This document shows, in pieces, positions 34,374-43,222 of a stretch of DNA of 64,000 bases. Every line of letters begins with the position of its first letter. The stretch's first letter is position 1. A program made the translations under genes and the position numbers. The stretch is from Streptosporangiaceae bacterium (lineage in GTDB: Bacteria; Actinomycetota; Actinomycetes; Streptosporangiales; Streptosporangiaceae), in NCBI GenBank assembly GCA_036497945.1, contig DASXIN010000023.1:54140-118139 (forward strand), read 5' to 3'. The notes beneath the pieces are model-generated. The model saw nothing but the letters and a program-made list of their open reading frames with translations, was not told where the DNA came from and ran no database searches.

Positions 34374-35366
34374 CTACCCAGGCACGGTCACCGGGGCGGA
34401 GGCACCCAGGATGGACAGCAGCATGGCCGGGTCGATGTTGCCGCCGGAGAGCACCGCGACGGTGGCGTCCGCGGCCGGCAATTCCGCCCGGCGGAACAGG
34501 CAGGCGGCCACGGCGACCGCGCCACCCGGTTCCGCGATGAGCCGCGCCTCCAGGGCCAGCCGCCGGATCGCAGCGCGGATCTCGTCCTCGGTGACCGTGA
34601 CGATGTCGTCCACCAGTTCCAGTATGTGCTGCATGGGCAGCGCGCCGACCTGGTCGACGCGGAGCGCGTCGGCGATCGTCCGGTGCGTCGCGCTGGGCGG
34701 CCAGGCCACCTGGTGGCCTTCGTGCAGCGAGTCACGGGCGTCCGCGGCCAGCTCGGGCTCCACCCCGATGATGGCCGCCTCCGGGCGCAGCGCGCGGACC
34801 GCGGCAGCCACGCCGGAGATCAGCCCACCGCCGCCCACCGGGACCACGACCAGGTCCACGCCGGGGCTGTCGGCCGCGATCTCCAGGCCCACGGTGCCCT
34901 GGCCGGCGATCACCCGGCGGTCGTCGAACGGCGGGATGGACACCGCGCCGCGCTGCGCGGCCAGGTCGCGAGTGGCGGCCAGCCGGGCGGCCAGGTTGGG
35001 AGCGGCGATGACGATCTCGGCGCCCAGCGCTCGGATGGCGGCCACCTTGACCGGGGCGGCGTCCTCCGGCACCACCACGATCGCGGGCATCTCGAGCAGG
35101 GCAGCCGCGTAAGCCACGGCCAGGCCGTGGTTGCCGCTGGAGTGCGTGATCACGCCGCGTTCCCGCGCGGCCGCGGGCAGCGTGTTCATCGCCGCATAGG
35201 CGCCGCGCAGCTTGAACGCACCAGTCGGCTGCAGCGATTCCGGCTTGACCAGCAGCGCCGGGTCCGCACCGGGGAACGGCACCAGCGGGGTGCGTACCGC
35301 CACTCCCGCCAGGGCCGCCGCGGCGGCCCGGATCTCTTGGATCGACACGAGCGATTGCACCTGCAT
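34374..35366 (-). CDS. PLP-dependent serine/threonine dehydratase family protein (no ACT domain)
   Basis: PTGAFKLRGA PLP-lysine motif, HSSGNHG, VPVGGGGLISG, 330 aa. Confidence 0.85.
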   Translation of the reverse strand: MQVQSLVSIQEIRAAAAALAGVAVRTPLVPFPGADPALLVKPESLQPTGAFKLRGAYAAMNTLPAAARERGVITHSSGNHGLAVAYAAALLEMPAIVVVPEDAAPVKVAAIRALGAEIVIAAPNLAARLAATRDLAAQRGAVSIPPFDDRRVIAGQGTVGLEIAADSPGVDLVVVPVGGGGLISGVAAAVRALRPEAAIIGVEPELAADARDSLHEGHQVAWPPSATHRTIADALRVDQVGALPMQHILELVDDIVTVTEDEIRAAIRRLALEARLIAEPGGAVAVAACLFRRAELPAADATVAVLSGGNIDPAMLLSILGASAPVTVPG

Positions 35367-35600
35367 ACCCTACGGCTGCCGGGGCCCCGGCCCAGACCCG
35401 GCCACCCGGATCTGGCGCGGATCAGCCGCCTGGGATCAGCATCTCCGCCCGGACCACCTGTCCCTCGGCCACCACCGCGCTCCCTAGATCACCAACCGGC
35501 TGCTTTTTGCCGAATCAAAGGAGAAAACCCGCGTTTGTCGCCACACTTGGGGCAGGCCTGTAGGGATGGGCCGGGTTCGGGTGCTCAGGAGGGGAACAGC

Positions 35601-35807
35601 GTGGATGGCAACAACGAGCGCCTCCTGACTCCAGGGGAGGTGGCCGCGCTCTTCCGGGTGGATCCCAAGACCGTGACCCGTTGGGCCGCATCCGGCCGGA
35701 TCAGCAGCATCCGCACGCCTGGTGGGCACCGCCGGTTCCGCGAGTCCGAGGTGCGCGCGCTGCTCCGCGGCGAGGTCGGCGCGGCGAAAGAGGATCGCGC
35801 CGAGTAG
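35601..35807 (+). CDS. bldC: BldC-like MerR/excisionase-type DNA-binding protein (68 aa)
   Basis: GTG 35601 after AGGAGGGG. LLTPGEVAALFRVDPKTVTRWAASGRISSIRTPGGHRRFRESEVRALL closely matches Streptomyces BldC as I remember it, including the 68-aa length. Confidence 0.85.
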   Translation: MDGNNERLLTPGEVAALFRVDPKTVTRWAASGRISSIRTPGGHRRFRESEVRALLRGEVGAAKEDRAE

Positions 35808-35860
35808 TCCCCCGCGCGGTCAACACAGGGCGGTCAACACAGGGCGGTCAAGGCCGGCGG

Positions 35861-36142
35861 TCAGGACCGCCCGCCGCGCTCCCCGTCCCCGTCCGGGCTG
35901 GCCCCGCCCTGGCTGGCCAGGAACTCAGCGAACTGCCGTTGCAGCGCCGCGTCCCCGTCCTGCCAGCTGCGCCGCCGTTCCTCGAGCTGCTGCTCGGTGA
36001 TGGCATGCACGGCCAGCCGGGCGTAGTCCGCGTCCTCCGGGCCGATTTCCACATACGCGTCGCCCATCAGCTGTCCCCCCTCAGCCAGGGCCGACTCGGG
36101 GACCAGGAGGTTCCCGTTGGGCAACTGGATGACGAACATCAC
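35861..36142 (-). CDS. small acidic hypothetical protein
   Basis: 93 aa, no TM or signal peptide, net acidic. Starts 8 nt after the stop of the metallopeptidase gene, so probably co-transcribed. Confidence 0.6.
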   Translation of the reverse strand: MMFVIQLPNGNLLVPESALAEGGQLMGDAYVEIGPEDADYARLAVHAITEQQLEERRRSWQDGDAALQRQFAEFLASQGGASPDGDGERGGRS

Positions 36143-36150
36143 TGATCACT

Positions 36151-37407
36151 CTAGAGGCCGTAGCGGATATTGAAGTACAGCATGACATCAAGGGCGACCC
36201 TGGTGTTGCCGCCCAGCATGTCGACGAGCGCGGGACGCTGCTGCGAGGCGATGGCCGCGAACGCGTCCGCGAAGAACTCCCGGCGGCCGAGATCCCCGGG
36301 CTGCCGGTGGAAGTCACTGACCAGCGTGTCCTGGCAGCGCTGGTAGAGCTGGCGGAACTGCGCCGAGTCGGATTGCCACCGGCCGTCCTCCCGGTCGATG
36401 TCGTCCAGCGCGTGCCCTACCTCGTGGCACATCACGTCGGGCGCGGACGACGGCCGTGAGCCAACGATGATCTTGCGCTGGCCGTACGCGCCCGCGCAGG
36501 CGTCCCAGGTGGCGCGGCCGGAGGGCAGCGGCACCCCGCGCAACCGGGCCATGTCATCCAGCTCAGGCACGCCGCCTTCGCCGACGTGGATGGCGTCCAG
36601 CTCGGCGGCCAGGACTTCCTTGATCACTTGCGGCAGCCCGGCCAGCCGGTTGACCGCGCGGACCACCGGGGCGGACGGCACCACGCTGGCTGGCCACTCC
36701 CGGTGCAGCACCTGTTCCAGCGGCCCGCAGTTAGCCAGGCCCTCGGCCGCCCGCCGAGCGTGCGCCACCTCGTACCAGGGCAGCCGGGCGGCGTCCGGTT
36801 CGGCTGGGCGCCGGGCCCGGACCTGCCCGGCCGGCTGAGCACGGCTGCTGTCCGCCACGGCCGCCTGGCCGGGGCTGGGCCGGATGGCCGCCCGGGCCTG
36901 CCCGGCGCCCGCCCACCTGGCCTGAGCTTGGCCGACCGCCGCCTGCCCGGTACCGGCACTGGGCTGACCGGCACTGGGCGGACCGGCACTGGGTGGACCG
37001 GCGCGCGACTGGCCAGCACTGGGCCGTTCAGCGCTGGGCTGGCCAGCACTGGGCGGACCGGCACTGGGTGGACCGGCGCGCGACTGGCCAGCGCTGGGCT
37101 GGCCGGCCCCGGACGGGCCACCCGGCCCGGGGCGGCGCGGCACCCGCCGGGGCAGTTCGGCGGTGTGCGGCCCAGCGGCAGGCGGCTCGGCTGATCCGTG
37201 ACCGAATGAACTCGGCGGCGCGGTGTCCACTGGCGTGGCGGGCCGGTATCCGTAGTCCCGGCGATGGCGGCCAGCCGAAGACGGGCTGGGCGCACTGCCC
37301 ACCCCGGATGGCCCGGTTCGTGCCGGGCCGCGGGATCGCGAGCCCCGCGGACCGGGCCGGATGTACCGGCGGACGCGATCGATAAGCCGCAGCCGCATAT
37401 TCCGCAC
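36151..37407 (-). CDS. anthrax-lethal-factor-like (M34/ATLF-type) zinc metallopeptidase domain protein with repeat-rich disordered N-terminus
   Basis: HEVGHALDD (HExxH) followed about 45 aa later by REFFADAFAAI, matching lethal factor HEFGHAVDD ... EFFAEAF (third zinc ligand Glu). The N-terminal about 190 aa are P/A/G/S/R-rich with PSAGQ repeats, so the start is uncertain. Confidence 0.7.
   Translation of the reverse strand: MRNMRLRLIDRVRRYIRPGPRGSRSRGPARTGPSGVGSAPSPSSAGRHRRDYGYRPATPVDTAPPSSFGHGSAEPPAAGPHTAELPRRVPRRPGPGGPSGAGQPSAGQSRAGPPSAGPPSAGQPSAERPSAGQSRAGPPSAGPPSAGQPSAGTGQAAVGQAQARWAGAGQARAAIRPSPGQAAVADSSRAQPAGQVRARRPAEPDAARLPWYEVAHARRAAEGLANCGPLEQVLHREWPASVVPSAPVVRAVNRLAGLPQVIKEVLAAELDAIHVGEGGVPELDDMARLRGVPLPSGRATWDACAGAYGQRKIIVGSRPSSAPDVMCHEVGHALDDIDREDGRWQSDSAQFRQLYQRCQDTLVSDFHRQPGDLGRREFFADAFAAIASQQRPALVDMLGGNTRVALDVMLYFNIRYGL
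36957..37104. repeat. 75-bp in-frame tandem duplication with 15-bp sub-repeats (CACTGGGCNGACCGG)
   Basis: The 45-mer CACTGGGCGGACCGGCACTGGGTGGACCGGCGCGCGACTGGCCAG occurs identically at 36972 and 37047. It encodes SRAGPPSAGPPSAGQPSA twice. Confidence 0.9.
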
Positions 37408-37563
37408 TCCCAGCGATCGCGTGCCAGGTTGCCAGAGTATGCCGAAACCCAGCCAACGTCACCTGTTGTCACTTGCTGTTACCCGTTACGGAACCCCGGC
37501 CGTACCTGCTGACTCGCCGCATTCCCCGACGATTGGGGCCGCAGCAGTACTAAGCTGCCGCGC

Positions 37564-37851
37564 ATGTGGCTGGTCGGCGCGCTTGTTCTGCTGTTCGCGC
37601 TGGGCTTCTGGGTGTGCTGGTCGTGGCGCCCCCGGCGGCTGGCCCGCCCGGCGGGCTCGGCCGCGGACGCCGCCTTCCGCCGCCACCCGGCCGGCCGCGC
37701 GCGCTGCGCCTCCGCCGATGACCACGCGTCACCGGGCCAGGCCGCCCCGGCCGACTGGCTGGCGCCGCGCGGCCCGGACGATGACCCGGACTTCCTGGCC
37801 GAACTGGACCGCGCTATTCGTGGCGACGGCGACCCGAACGGTGCGCGCTAG
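37564..37851 (+). CDS. small N-terminally membrane-anchored protein
   Basis: 95 aa, WLVGALVLLFALGFWVCW helix, acidic C-terminus DDDPDFLAELDRAIRGDGD, high GC3. Its stop overlaps the ccsA stop (CTAG). Confidence 0.6.
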   Translation: MWLVGALVLLFALGFWVCWSWRPRRLARPAGSAADAAFRRHPAGRARCASADDHASPGQAAPADWLAPRGPDDDPDFLAELDRAIRGDGDPNGAR

Positions 37852-38915
37852 CTCAGCCCGGCGTAGGAGTGCAGGCCGGTGATGAATATGCTCACGCCGA
37901 GCAGGTTGAACAGCAGGCAGGCGAACCCGACCAGCTGGATGTAGGCGGCCCTGCGGCCGCGCCACCCGGCGGTGACCCGCGCGTGCAGGAAGCAGGCGTA
38001 CACCACCCAGGTGATGAAGGCCCAGGTCTCGGTGGGGTCCCAGCCCCAGTACCGGCCCCATGCCTGGTCGGCCCAGATCGCGCCGGCCATGATGCCGAAC
38101 GTCCACAGCGGGAACGCGAACACGACGGTCCGGTAGGCGAACTGATCGAGCCGCTCCGGGCTGGGCAGCAGCCGGAACACCTCGCCGTTGCGCACCGGCA
38201 GGCCGGCCGCGGCCCGCCGGGCATGCCGGTCGGCGAGCAGGAACACCACCGCGAGCACGGCGGCCACCACGTAGGTACCGGTGGCCAGGGTTATCGCGGT
38301 CACGTGGATGGCCAGCCAGTACGAGTTCAGCGCGGGCACCAGCGGGCCGGCCGGGGTGTAGATGACCGTCTGGGCCAGGCCGATGATGATCACGATCGGG
38401 GCCAGGAAGAACAGGCCCAGCCGGTACGGCCGGTACCGGATCATCAGCCCGAGGAAGAACAGCACCGCCACGCAGGTCACCGCGATCACGAACTCGTACA
38501 TGTCGCCCCACGGCACCCGGTGCACGGCCAGGCCGCGGATGACGACACCGACGACGTGCCCGAGCAGGCCCAGCGCGGTCAGCGTGAGCCCGGCACGAAC
38601 CCAGAAGCTGGCGTCGCGCAGGCTCGGCCGACCGGTTCCGGCCGCGGAGCCCGCACTGCCATTCCCGGTGCTGGCGTCCCCGGTGCTGGCGTTCCCGGTG
38701 CTGGCGTCGGCCGCGCTGGCCGGCGACGTGGCGGCGGCCACGCTGGCCGCGCCCGCCGTGACCAGCTCCGGCACCTCGGCCTTGGCCGGCCCAGCCGAGG
38801 TGCGCTTGCCGAACGCGAAGTCGGCCGCGAAGGCCAGCACGGCCAGGAAGTAGAACGCGAGGGTGACCATGAGGAAAGTGTCACTCAGGTGGGACAGCCC
38901 CTGGTTGATGGCCAT
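37848..38915 (-). CDS. ccsA: cytochrome c biogenesis protein CcsA/ResC (System II haem handling)
   Basis: Trp-rich WWD-type motif WGRYWGWDPTETWAF, multiple TM helices. Carries an Ala/Ser/Gly/Thr low-complexity insert after the first helix. Confidence 0.9.
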   Translation of the reverse strand: MAINQGLSHLSDTFLMVTLAFYFLAVLAFAADFAFGKRTSAGPAKAEVPELVTAGAASVAAATSPASAADASTGNASTGDASTGNGSAGSAAGTGRPSLRDASFWVRAGLTLTALGLLGHVVGVVIRGLAVHRVPWGDMYEFVIAVTCVAVLFFLGLMIRYRPYRLGLFFLAPIVIIIGLAQTVIYTPAGPLVPALNSYWLAIHVTAITLATGTYVVAAVLAVVFLLADRHARRAAAGLPVRNGEVFRLLPSPERLDQFAYRTVVFAFPLWTFGIMAGAIWADQAWGRYWGWDPTETWAFITWVVYACFLHARVTAGWRGRRAAYIQLVGFACLLFNLLGVSIFITGLHSYAGLS

Positions 38916-40564
38916 CAGTCTGTTTTCCCCTCGGTTGTCTGGCCGGCGTACGCCGTCCGGAACTCCTCGGCCAGCCGGGCGAACTCCTCGTCGAACCCGC
39001 CCGCCGGGTCGGACCGAGCCAGGCCACCAACGTCCACCACGGTGCGGCCGTCAGGACCCGGATACGCCCGGACGAACATCCGGCGGCGCCGGATGAAGAA
39101 GGACAGCAGCAGCCCGGCCAGCGCGGCCAGCCCGGCGATCAGCGCGGGCACTTGTCCCGGGTCGTACGTGATGGCCAGGCTGGCCCACTGCCGGTACCCG
39201 GTGAAGGTCAGCGTCCCGGCGCCGCCGGGCAGCTTGATCGACTGGCCGGGGGCCAGCGGTCGCGGCGCGACCGGCAGCTCGGTCAGCCCGGCCGTGTTGA
39301 GCGTGTACACCGACTGCGACGGGCCGCTGTTCATGCCCAGGTTGCCCTTATAAGAGATCAGGCTCACCCGGGGGTTGAGTGGCGCCGGGAAGACGGACTC
39401 CAGGGTGCCCCCGGCGTCCACCGCGGTGGGCAGGAACACGCCCGCGAAGCCGAGCTGGTCGGGCCGGGCGTCCGGGACCTTGACCACGCCCTCGGACGTG
39501 AGCCCGGCGGTGTTCACCGCGACGAACGGCACCGGCTGGTCGTAGACCACCTTGCCGGTCCCGTCGGTGACCTTGAACACCGGCGCGTAGCCGTGGCCGA
39601 TCAGGTATACCTTGACCCCGTCCACGTTCAGCGGGTGGTTCACCCGCAGGTCATAGCGCTGATTAGCCGCCCCGGGCTGCGCCGAGTAGGTGAGGTCGGC
39701 GTTGAACGAGGAGGGCTGGCCGCGCAGCTGACCGGACCGGACGTAGCTGGCCTCGAACCGGTTCAGGGTGATGGTGAACGGCTGCAGGTCGGCCGAGGAC
39801 ACCAGCCGGCCGGGGTGGAAAACGTCCAGCGCGGTCACCGTGTTGGCGAACGACGTGCCGGACACCAGCAGCCGGTTCGCCTTGTAGCCGAACATCCCGC
39901 CCAGCGCGACCGCGCCGAGCAGCCCGAGCAGGGCCAGGTGGAACAGCAGGTTGCCGAGTTCGCGGCGGTAGCCTTTTTCCGCCGACACCCAGCCGTCGCC
40001 GGTGCGCAGCCGGAACTTGCGCCGCCGCAGCACCGCGGTGGCCGCGGCCAGCGCGGCCGGCGCGTCCTGCCCGGTCTGGTGCCGCACCGACTGCGGCATC
40101 CGAGCCACGTTGCGCGGGGCGGGTGGGGGCAGCGCCCGGGCCGAGCGGGCCAGCCGGTACGCCCGGGGCACCACACAGCCGGCCAGCGACACGAACAACA
40201 GCAGGTAGATAGCCGCGAACCAGGGCGCCGCGAACACGTTGAACAGGGACAGCCTGCCCAGCCACGGGGCCAGCCCCGGATGCGAGACGTAGTACTGCTG
40301 CACGGCCGACGGATCGACGCCCTGCTGCGGCAACAGCGAGCCGGGCACACTGGCCACGGCCAGCAGGAACAGCAGGATCAGCGCGGTGCGCATCGAGGTC
40401 AGCTGGTGCCAGCCCCAGCGCAGCCAGCCCGCGACACCATAGGCCGCGCTGGGCGGCGGAGGCGGCGCGGCGGTGTCCGGAGCCTGCTGGCCGGCCTCAG
40501 CCGCAGCCGCCTCGGCCGCGGTCTCGGCCGCGCCGGTCTCGGTCATCCGGGAGGTCTCGGTCAT
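38915..40564 (-). CDS. resB: cytochrome c biogenesis protein ResB/CcsB
   Basis: LTSMRTALILLFLLAVASVPGSLLPQ N-terminal ResB signature, large extracytoplasmic domain, C-terminal TM helix. N-terminus has MTETSRMTETG duplicated. Confidence 0.9.
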   Translation of the reverse strand: MTETSRMTETGAAETAAEAAAAEAGQQAPDTAAPPPPPSAAYGVAGWLRWGWHQLTSMRTALILLFLLAVASVPGSLLPQQGVDPSAVQQYYVSHPGLAPWLGRLSLFNVFAAPWFAAIYLLLFVSLAGCVVPRAYRLARSARALPPPAPRNVARMPQSVRHQTGQDAPAALAAATAVLRRRKFRLRTGDGWVSAEKGYRRELGNLLFHLALLGLLGAVALGGMFGYKANRLLVSGTSFANTVTALDVFHPGRLVSSADLQPFTITLNRFEASYVRSGQLRGQPSSFNADLTYSAQPGAANQRYDLRVNHPLNVDGVKVYLIGHGYAPVFKVTDGTGKVVYDQPVPFVAVNTAGLTSEGVVKVPDARPDQLGFAGVFLPTAVDAGGTLESVFPAPLNPRVSLISYKGNLGMNSGPSQSVYTLNTAGLTELPVAPRPLAPGQSIKLPGGAGTLTFTGYRQWASLAITYDPGQVPALIAGLAALAGLLLSFFIRRRRMFVRAYPGPDGRTVVDVGGLARSDPAGGFDEEFARLAEEFRTAYAGQTTEGKTD

Positions 40565-41187
40565 CCGGGCTCTGCCACCGCTCGCTGGATCAGGCTCTTC
40601 AGCCCGTCATAAGTCACACTGCCGATCACCCGCGCGGCGATCCGGCCGCTGGGCGATATCACCAGTGTGGTGGGGATCCCGGCAGGCGGCACGGTGTCCC
40701 GGAAATCGAGCGCCAGGTTGTCGCTCGGATCGTTCAGGCTCGGATAGCTGATCCGGAAGTCGGCCATGAACGCCTGGGCGCTGGGCGGGCTGTCCCGGAT
40801 GTCGATACCCAGGAACCGGACCCCGGACCGGCCGAACTGGCGGGCCAGCTGGGCCAGGCTGGGCGCCTCGGCCCGGCACGGCGTGCACCATGATCCCCAG
40901 AAGTTCAGCACCACCACGTGCCCGTGATAGCTGGCCAGGCTGAGCCGGCCGCCGCCGACCAGCGGGCCGGTCACCGGCGGCGCGGCCGGGCCGGTCCCGG
41001 CCCGGTACACCGTGGTGCCCGGGCTGCCGGACACGAAACTCTGGCCGTTGCTGGCCGGGCTGTTCGAGGCGATCGCGCCGCCCGCGCAGCCGGAAACGGC
41101 CAGCGCCGAGGTGGCAGCCAGCAGGGCGAGCCGCACGGCACGGCCCGGCCGGGTCACCCGGAGCGGCGTGCGGGGTGGACGGGACAC
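40561..41187 (-). CDS. TlpA/ResA-family thiol-disulfide oxidoreductase (lipoprotein-type signal)
   Basis: Thioredoxin motif WGSWCTPC. Signal with LAVSGC lipobox. 4-nt overlap with resB. Confidence 0.88.
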   Translation of the reverse strand: MSRPPRTPLRVTRPGRAVRLALLAATSALAVSGCAGGAIASNSPASNGQSFVSGSPGTTVYRAGTGPAAPPVTGPLVGGGRLSLASYHGHVVVLNFWGSWCTPCRAEAPSLAQLARQFGRSGVRFLGIDIRDSPPSAQAFMADFRISYPSLNDPSDNLALDFRDTVPPAGIPTTLVISPSGRIAARVIGSVTYDGLKSLIQRAVAEPG

Positions 41188-41270
41188 GGGGGATAGCTCC
41201 TACAGCGAGTAGTACCGCGCCCCATTGTGCCCGATAAGGCTGGCGCGGCTGACAGCGGGCCGGCCCGCGG

Positions 41271-41921
41271 TCACGCACCCGGCGTCGGCGCGCGGGATCC
41301 GGCCGGCTCGGCGTAGCTGACCCCGGTGATCCGGTCCCCGGTGTAGCTGAAGCTGGTCACGCTGGCCAGCGCGCACTGCCGGTGCGCCGGGTTGTGCCAC
41401 AGGTGCTTGCCCTCGGCCGCCCGGCGTGCGACCCAGATCGGCAGCTGGTGGCTGATCAGTACCGCCTCGTGCCCGCGCGCGGCGCGCGCCGCGTCCGCCA
41501 TCGCGGCCAGCATCCGGGCCGCGACGTCCTGGTACGGCTCACCCCAGGACGGGCGGAACGGGTTGTACAGGTAACGCCAATTGACCGGGTTCCGCAGCGC
41601 GCCGGAGCCGACGCCGACCGTGGTGCCCTCGAACACGTTGGTCGGCTCGATCAGCCGCTCGTCGATGCCCACCTCGAGCTCGAACTGCGCGGCCAGCGGG
41701 GCCGCGGTCTCCCGCGTCCGGTCCAGCGGTGATGAGCGCAGCAGCACCACGTCCCGGCCGGCCAGGAAGCCCGCCGCGGCCTTGGCCATCAGGCGGCCGT
41801 CTTCGGACAGGTGGTAGTCGGGCAGGCGGCCGTACAGCACGCCGCCCGGGTTGTAGACCTCACCGTGCCGCAGCAGATGCAGCACGGTGTCCGGACCTGG
41901 GTTCTCAATCATGGCGGGCAC
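41271..41921 (-). CDS. histidine phosphatase (phosphoglycerate mutase-like) family protein
   Basis: RHG motif LHLLRHGEV, 216 aa. Conserved position in the actinobacterial hemL-ccs cluster. Confidence 0.87.
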   Translation of the reverse strand: MPAMIENPGPDTVLHLLRHGEVYNPGGVLYGRLPDYHLSEDGRLMAKAAAGFLAGRDVVLLRSSPLDRTRETAAPLAAQFELEVGIDERLIEPTNVFEGTTVGVGSGALRNPVNWRYLYNPFRPSWGEPYQDVAARMLAAMADAARAARGHEAVLISHQLPIWVARRAAEGKHLWHNPAHRQCALASVTSFSYTGDRITGVSYAEPAGSRAPTPGA

Positions 41922-42189
41922 AGCCTACCGGGACGCCCAGCTCAGCCTGTTGCGGGCAGCCGCCGAGCAGATAAACTCCGGGCAGCTTGTGGTTGTGCCT
42001 AGGGTTCCGTGCCCCGCCCGCGCCCGGTCCGCCGGGCGGCCCAGGCCGGACAACAAGAGCGGGGCAGGCTGGACCGAGCGGCGCCAGGTGCCCTGGCCAG
42101 GGCACCCGCACCTGACGGGATAGAAACCTCGAGGGCTCTCGTTCGCCATGCCCGGGCTGGTCCCGGGTCCGGACTAGGGAGCCGCCTCC

Positions 42190-43065
42190 GTGAGCGCCAC
42201 CGCGCTGGCCCTGATCCTCGTCGCCGCCGTCGCGCACGCCACCTGGAACCTGTTCAGCAAGCAGGCCTCGGTAACCGGCGCGGCGTCGTTCGTCTGGCTG
42301 ATGTCGCTCGCCGCCACGGTGCTCTACGCGCCGGTGGTCCTGATCAGCGCGGTGCTGATCGACCCGCCCCGGCTGACCGCGCTGTGCTGGGTGTTCCTGA
42401 TCGGCACCGGGCTGCTGCAGGCCGGCTACTTCGTGTTCCTGCAATCCGGCTACCGGCTGGGTGACCTGTCCGTGGTCTACCCGGTCGGCCGCGGCAGCGG
42501 CGCCCTGCTCGCCGCACTGGCCGGCATCGTCCTGCTGGGCGAGCATCCAGGGACGGCCGGGCTGATCGGGATCGGACTGGTGATAGCCGGCGTTCTGTTC
42601 CTGGGGGCGCCAGCGAGGCGCGGACATTCAGCCGCGCACCCAGCGCCGCGGGCGCTGGCCTTCGCGCTGGTCACTGGCCTGTTCATCGCGTCGTACACGC
42701 TGTGGGACAAGTACGCGGTGAGCACGCTCGACGTGCCGCCGCTGCTCCAGGGCTACGCCGCGATGCCGGTGATGACGCTGGTGCTGGCCCCGTTCGCGCT
42801 GCGCCAGCGGCCGCGCACCGCGCTGGTCTGGCGGACCTACCGGCGCCAGGTGGCGGGCGCCGCGGTGCTCGCGCCGCTGGCCTACATCCTGGTGCTGGCC
42901 GCGCTGAGCTTCACCGCGGTCAGCGCGGTCGCCCCGGCCCGCGAGGTCAGCGTGCTGGCCGGCGTGCTGCTCGGCCGCCGGCTGCTGGGCGAGGGACAAC
43001 TGGCCCGCCGCCTGGCCGCGGCGGCCGCCATCGCCGGCGGCATCATCTGCATCGCCATCGGCTAA
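42190..43065 (+). CDS. DMT/EamA-like transporter (10 TM)
   Basis: GTG start after GGGAGCCGCC. Two EamA-like halves with repeated hydrophobic helices, 291 aa. Confidence 0.82.
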   Translation: MSATALALILVAAVAHATWNLFSKQASVTGAASFVWLMSLAATVLYAPVVLISAVLIDPPRLTALCWVFLIGTGLLQAGYFVFLQSGYRLGDLSVVYPVGRGSGALLAALAGIVLLGEHPGTAGLIGIGLVIAGVLFLGAPARRGHSAAHPAPRALAFALVTGLFIASYTLWDKYAVSTLDVPPLLQGYAAMPVMTLVLAPFALRQRPRTALVWRTYRRQVAGAAVLAPLAYILVLAALSFTAVSAVAPAREVSVLAGVLLGRRLLGEGQLARRLAAAAAIAGGIICIAIG

Positions 43066-43115
43066 CGCCGCCCAGCCCTGCTGCCCGCCCAGCCTTCGCC
43101 GCCGGCCGCGTTCAT

Positions 43116-43177
43116 TTCACGGATCTGGTGCGCGATAACCCGGACAAAACGGGCACCTAGCGCACCGGATCCGTGAA
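43116..43177. terminator. long hairpin (18-nt arms, 1 mismatch) between the convergent EamA-like gene and hemL
   Basis: TTCACGGATCTGGTGCGC (43116-43133) pairs with GCGCACCGGATCCGTGAA (43160-43177). The 26-nt loop contains an inner CCCG..CGGG mini-hairpin. Confidence 0.5.
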
Positions 43178-43222
43178 GAGACGGCACGCACCATGATCAT
43201 TGTGACGGGTGGGTCTGGTGCG

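Noticed and set aside
34026-37104. Tandem repeats (18-bp x4 at 34026; 75-bp x2 at 36972) considered as CRISPR-like or other arrays
   Set aside because: The units are contiguous with no spacers, in-frame within coding sequences, and encode low-complexity peptide repeats. No cas genes are present anywhere in the window.
41922-42189. Possible guanidine-III (ykkC-III)-like riboswitch upstream of the EamA/DMT transporter (CCGGACAACAAGAGCGGGG resembles CAGGACAAGACGG)
   Set aside because: I could not reconstruct the required pseudoknot pairings (no ACCCGG partner or P1 helix in register). The downstream gene is a 10-TM EamA-type rather than an SMR-type transporter. The resemblance is limited to a short A-rich stretch.
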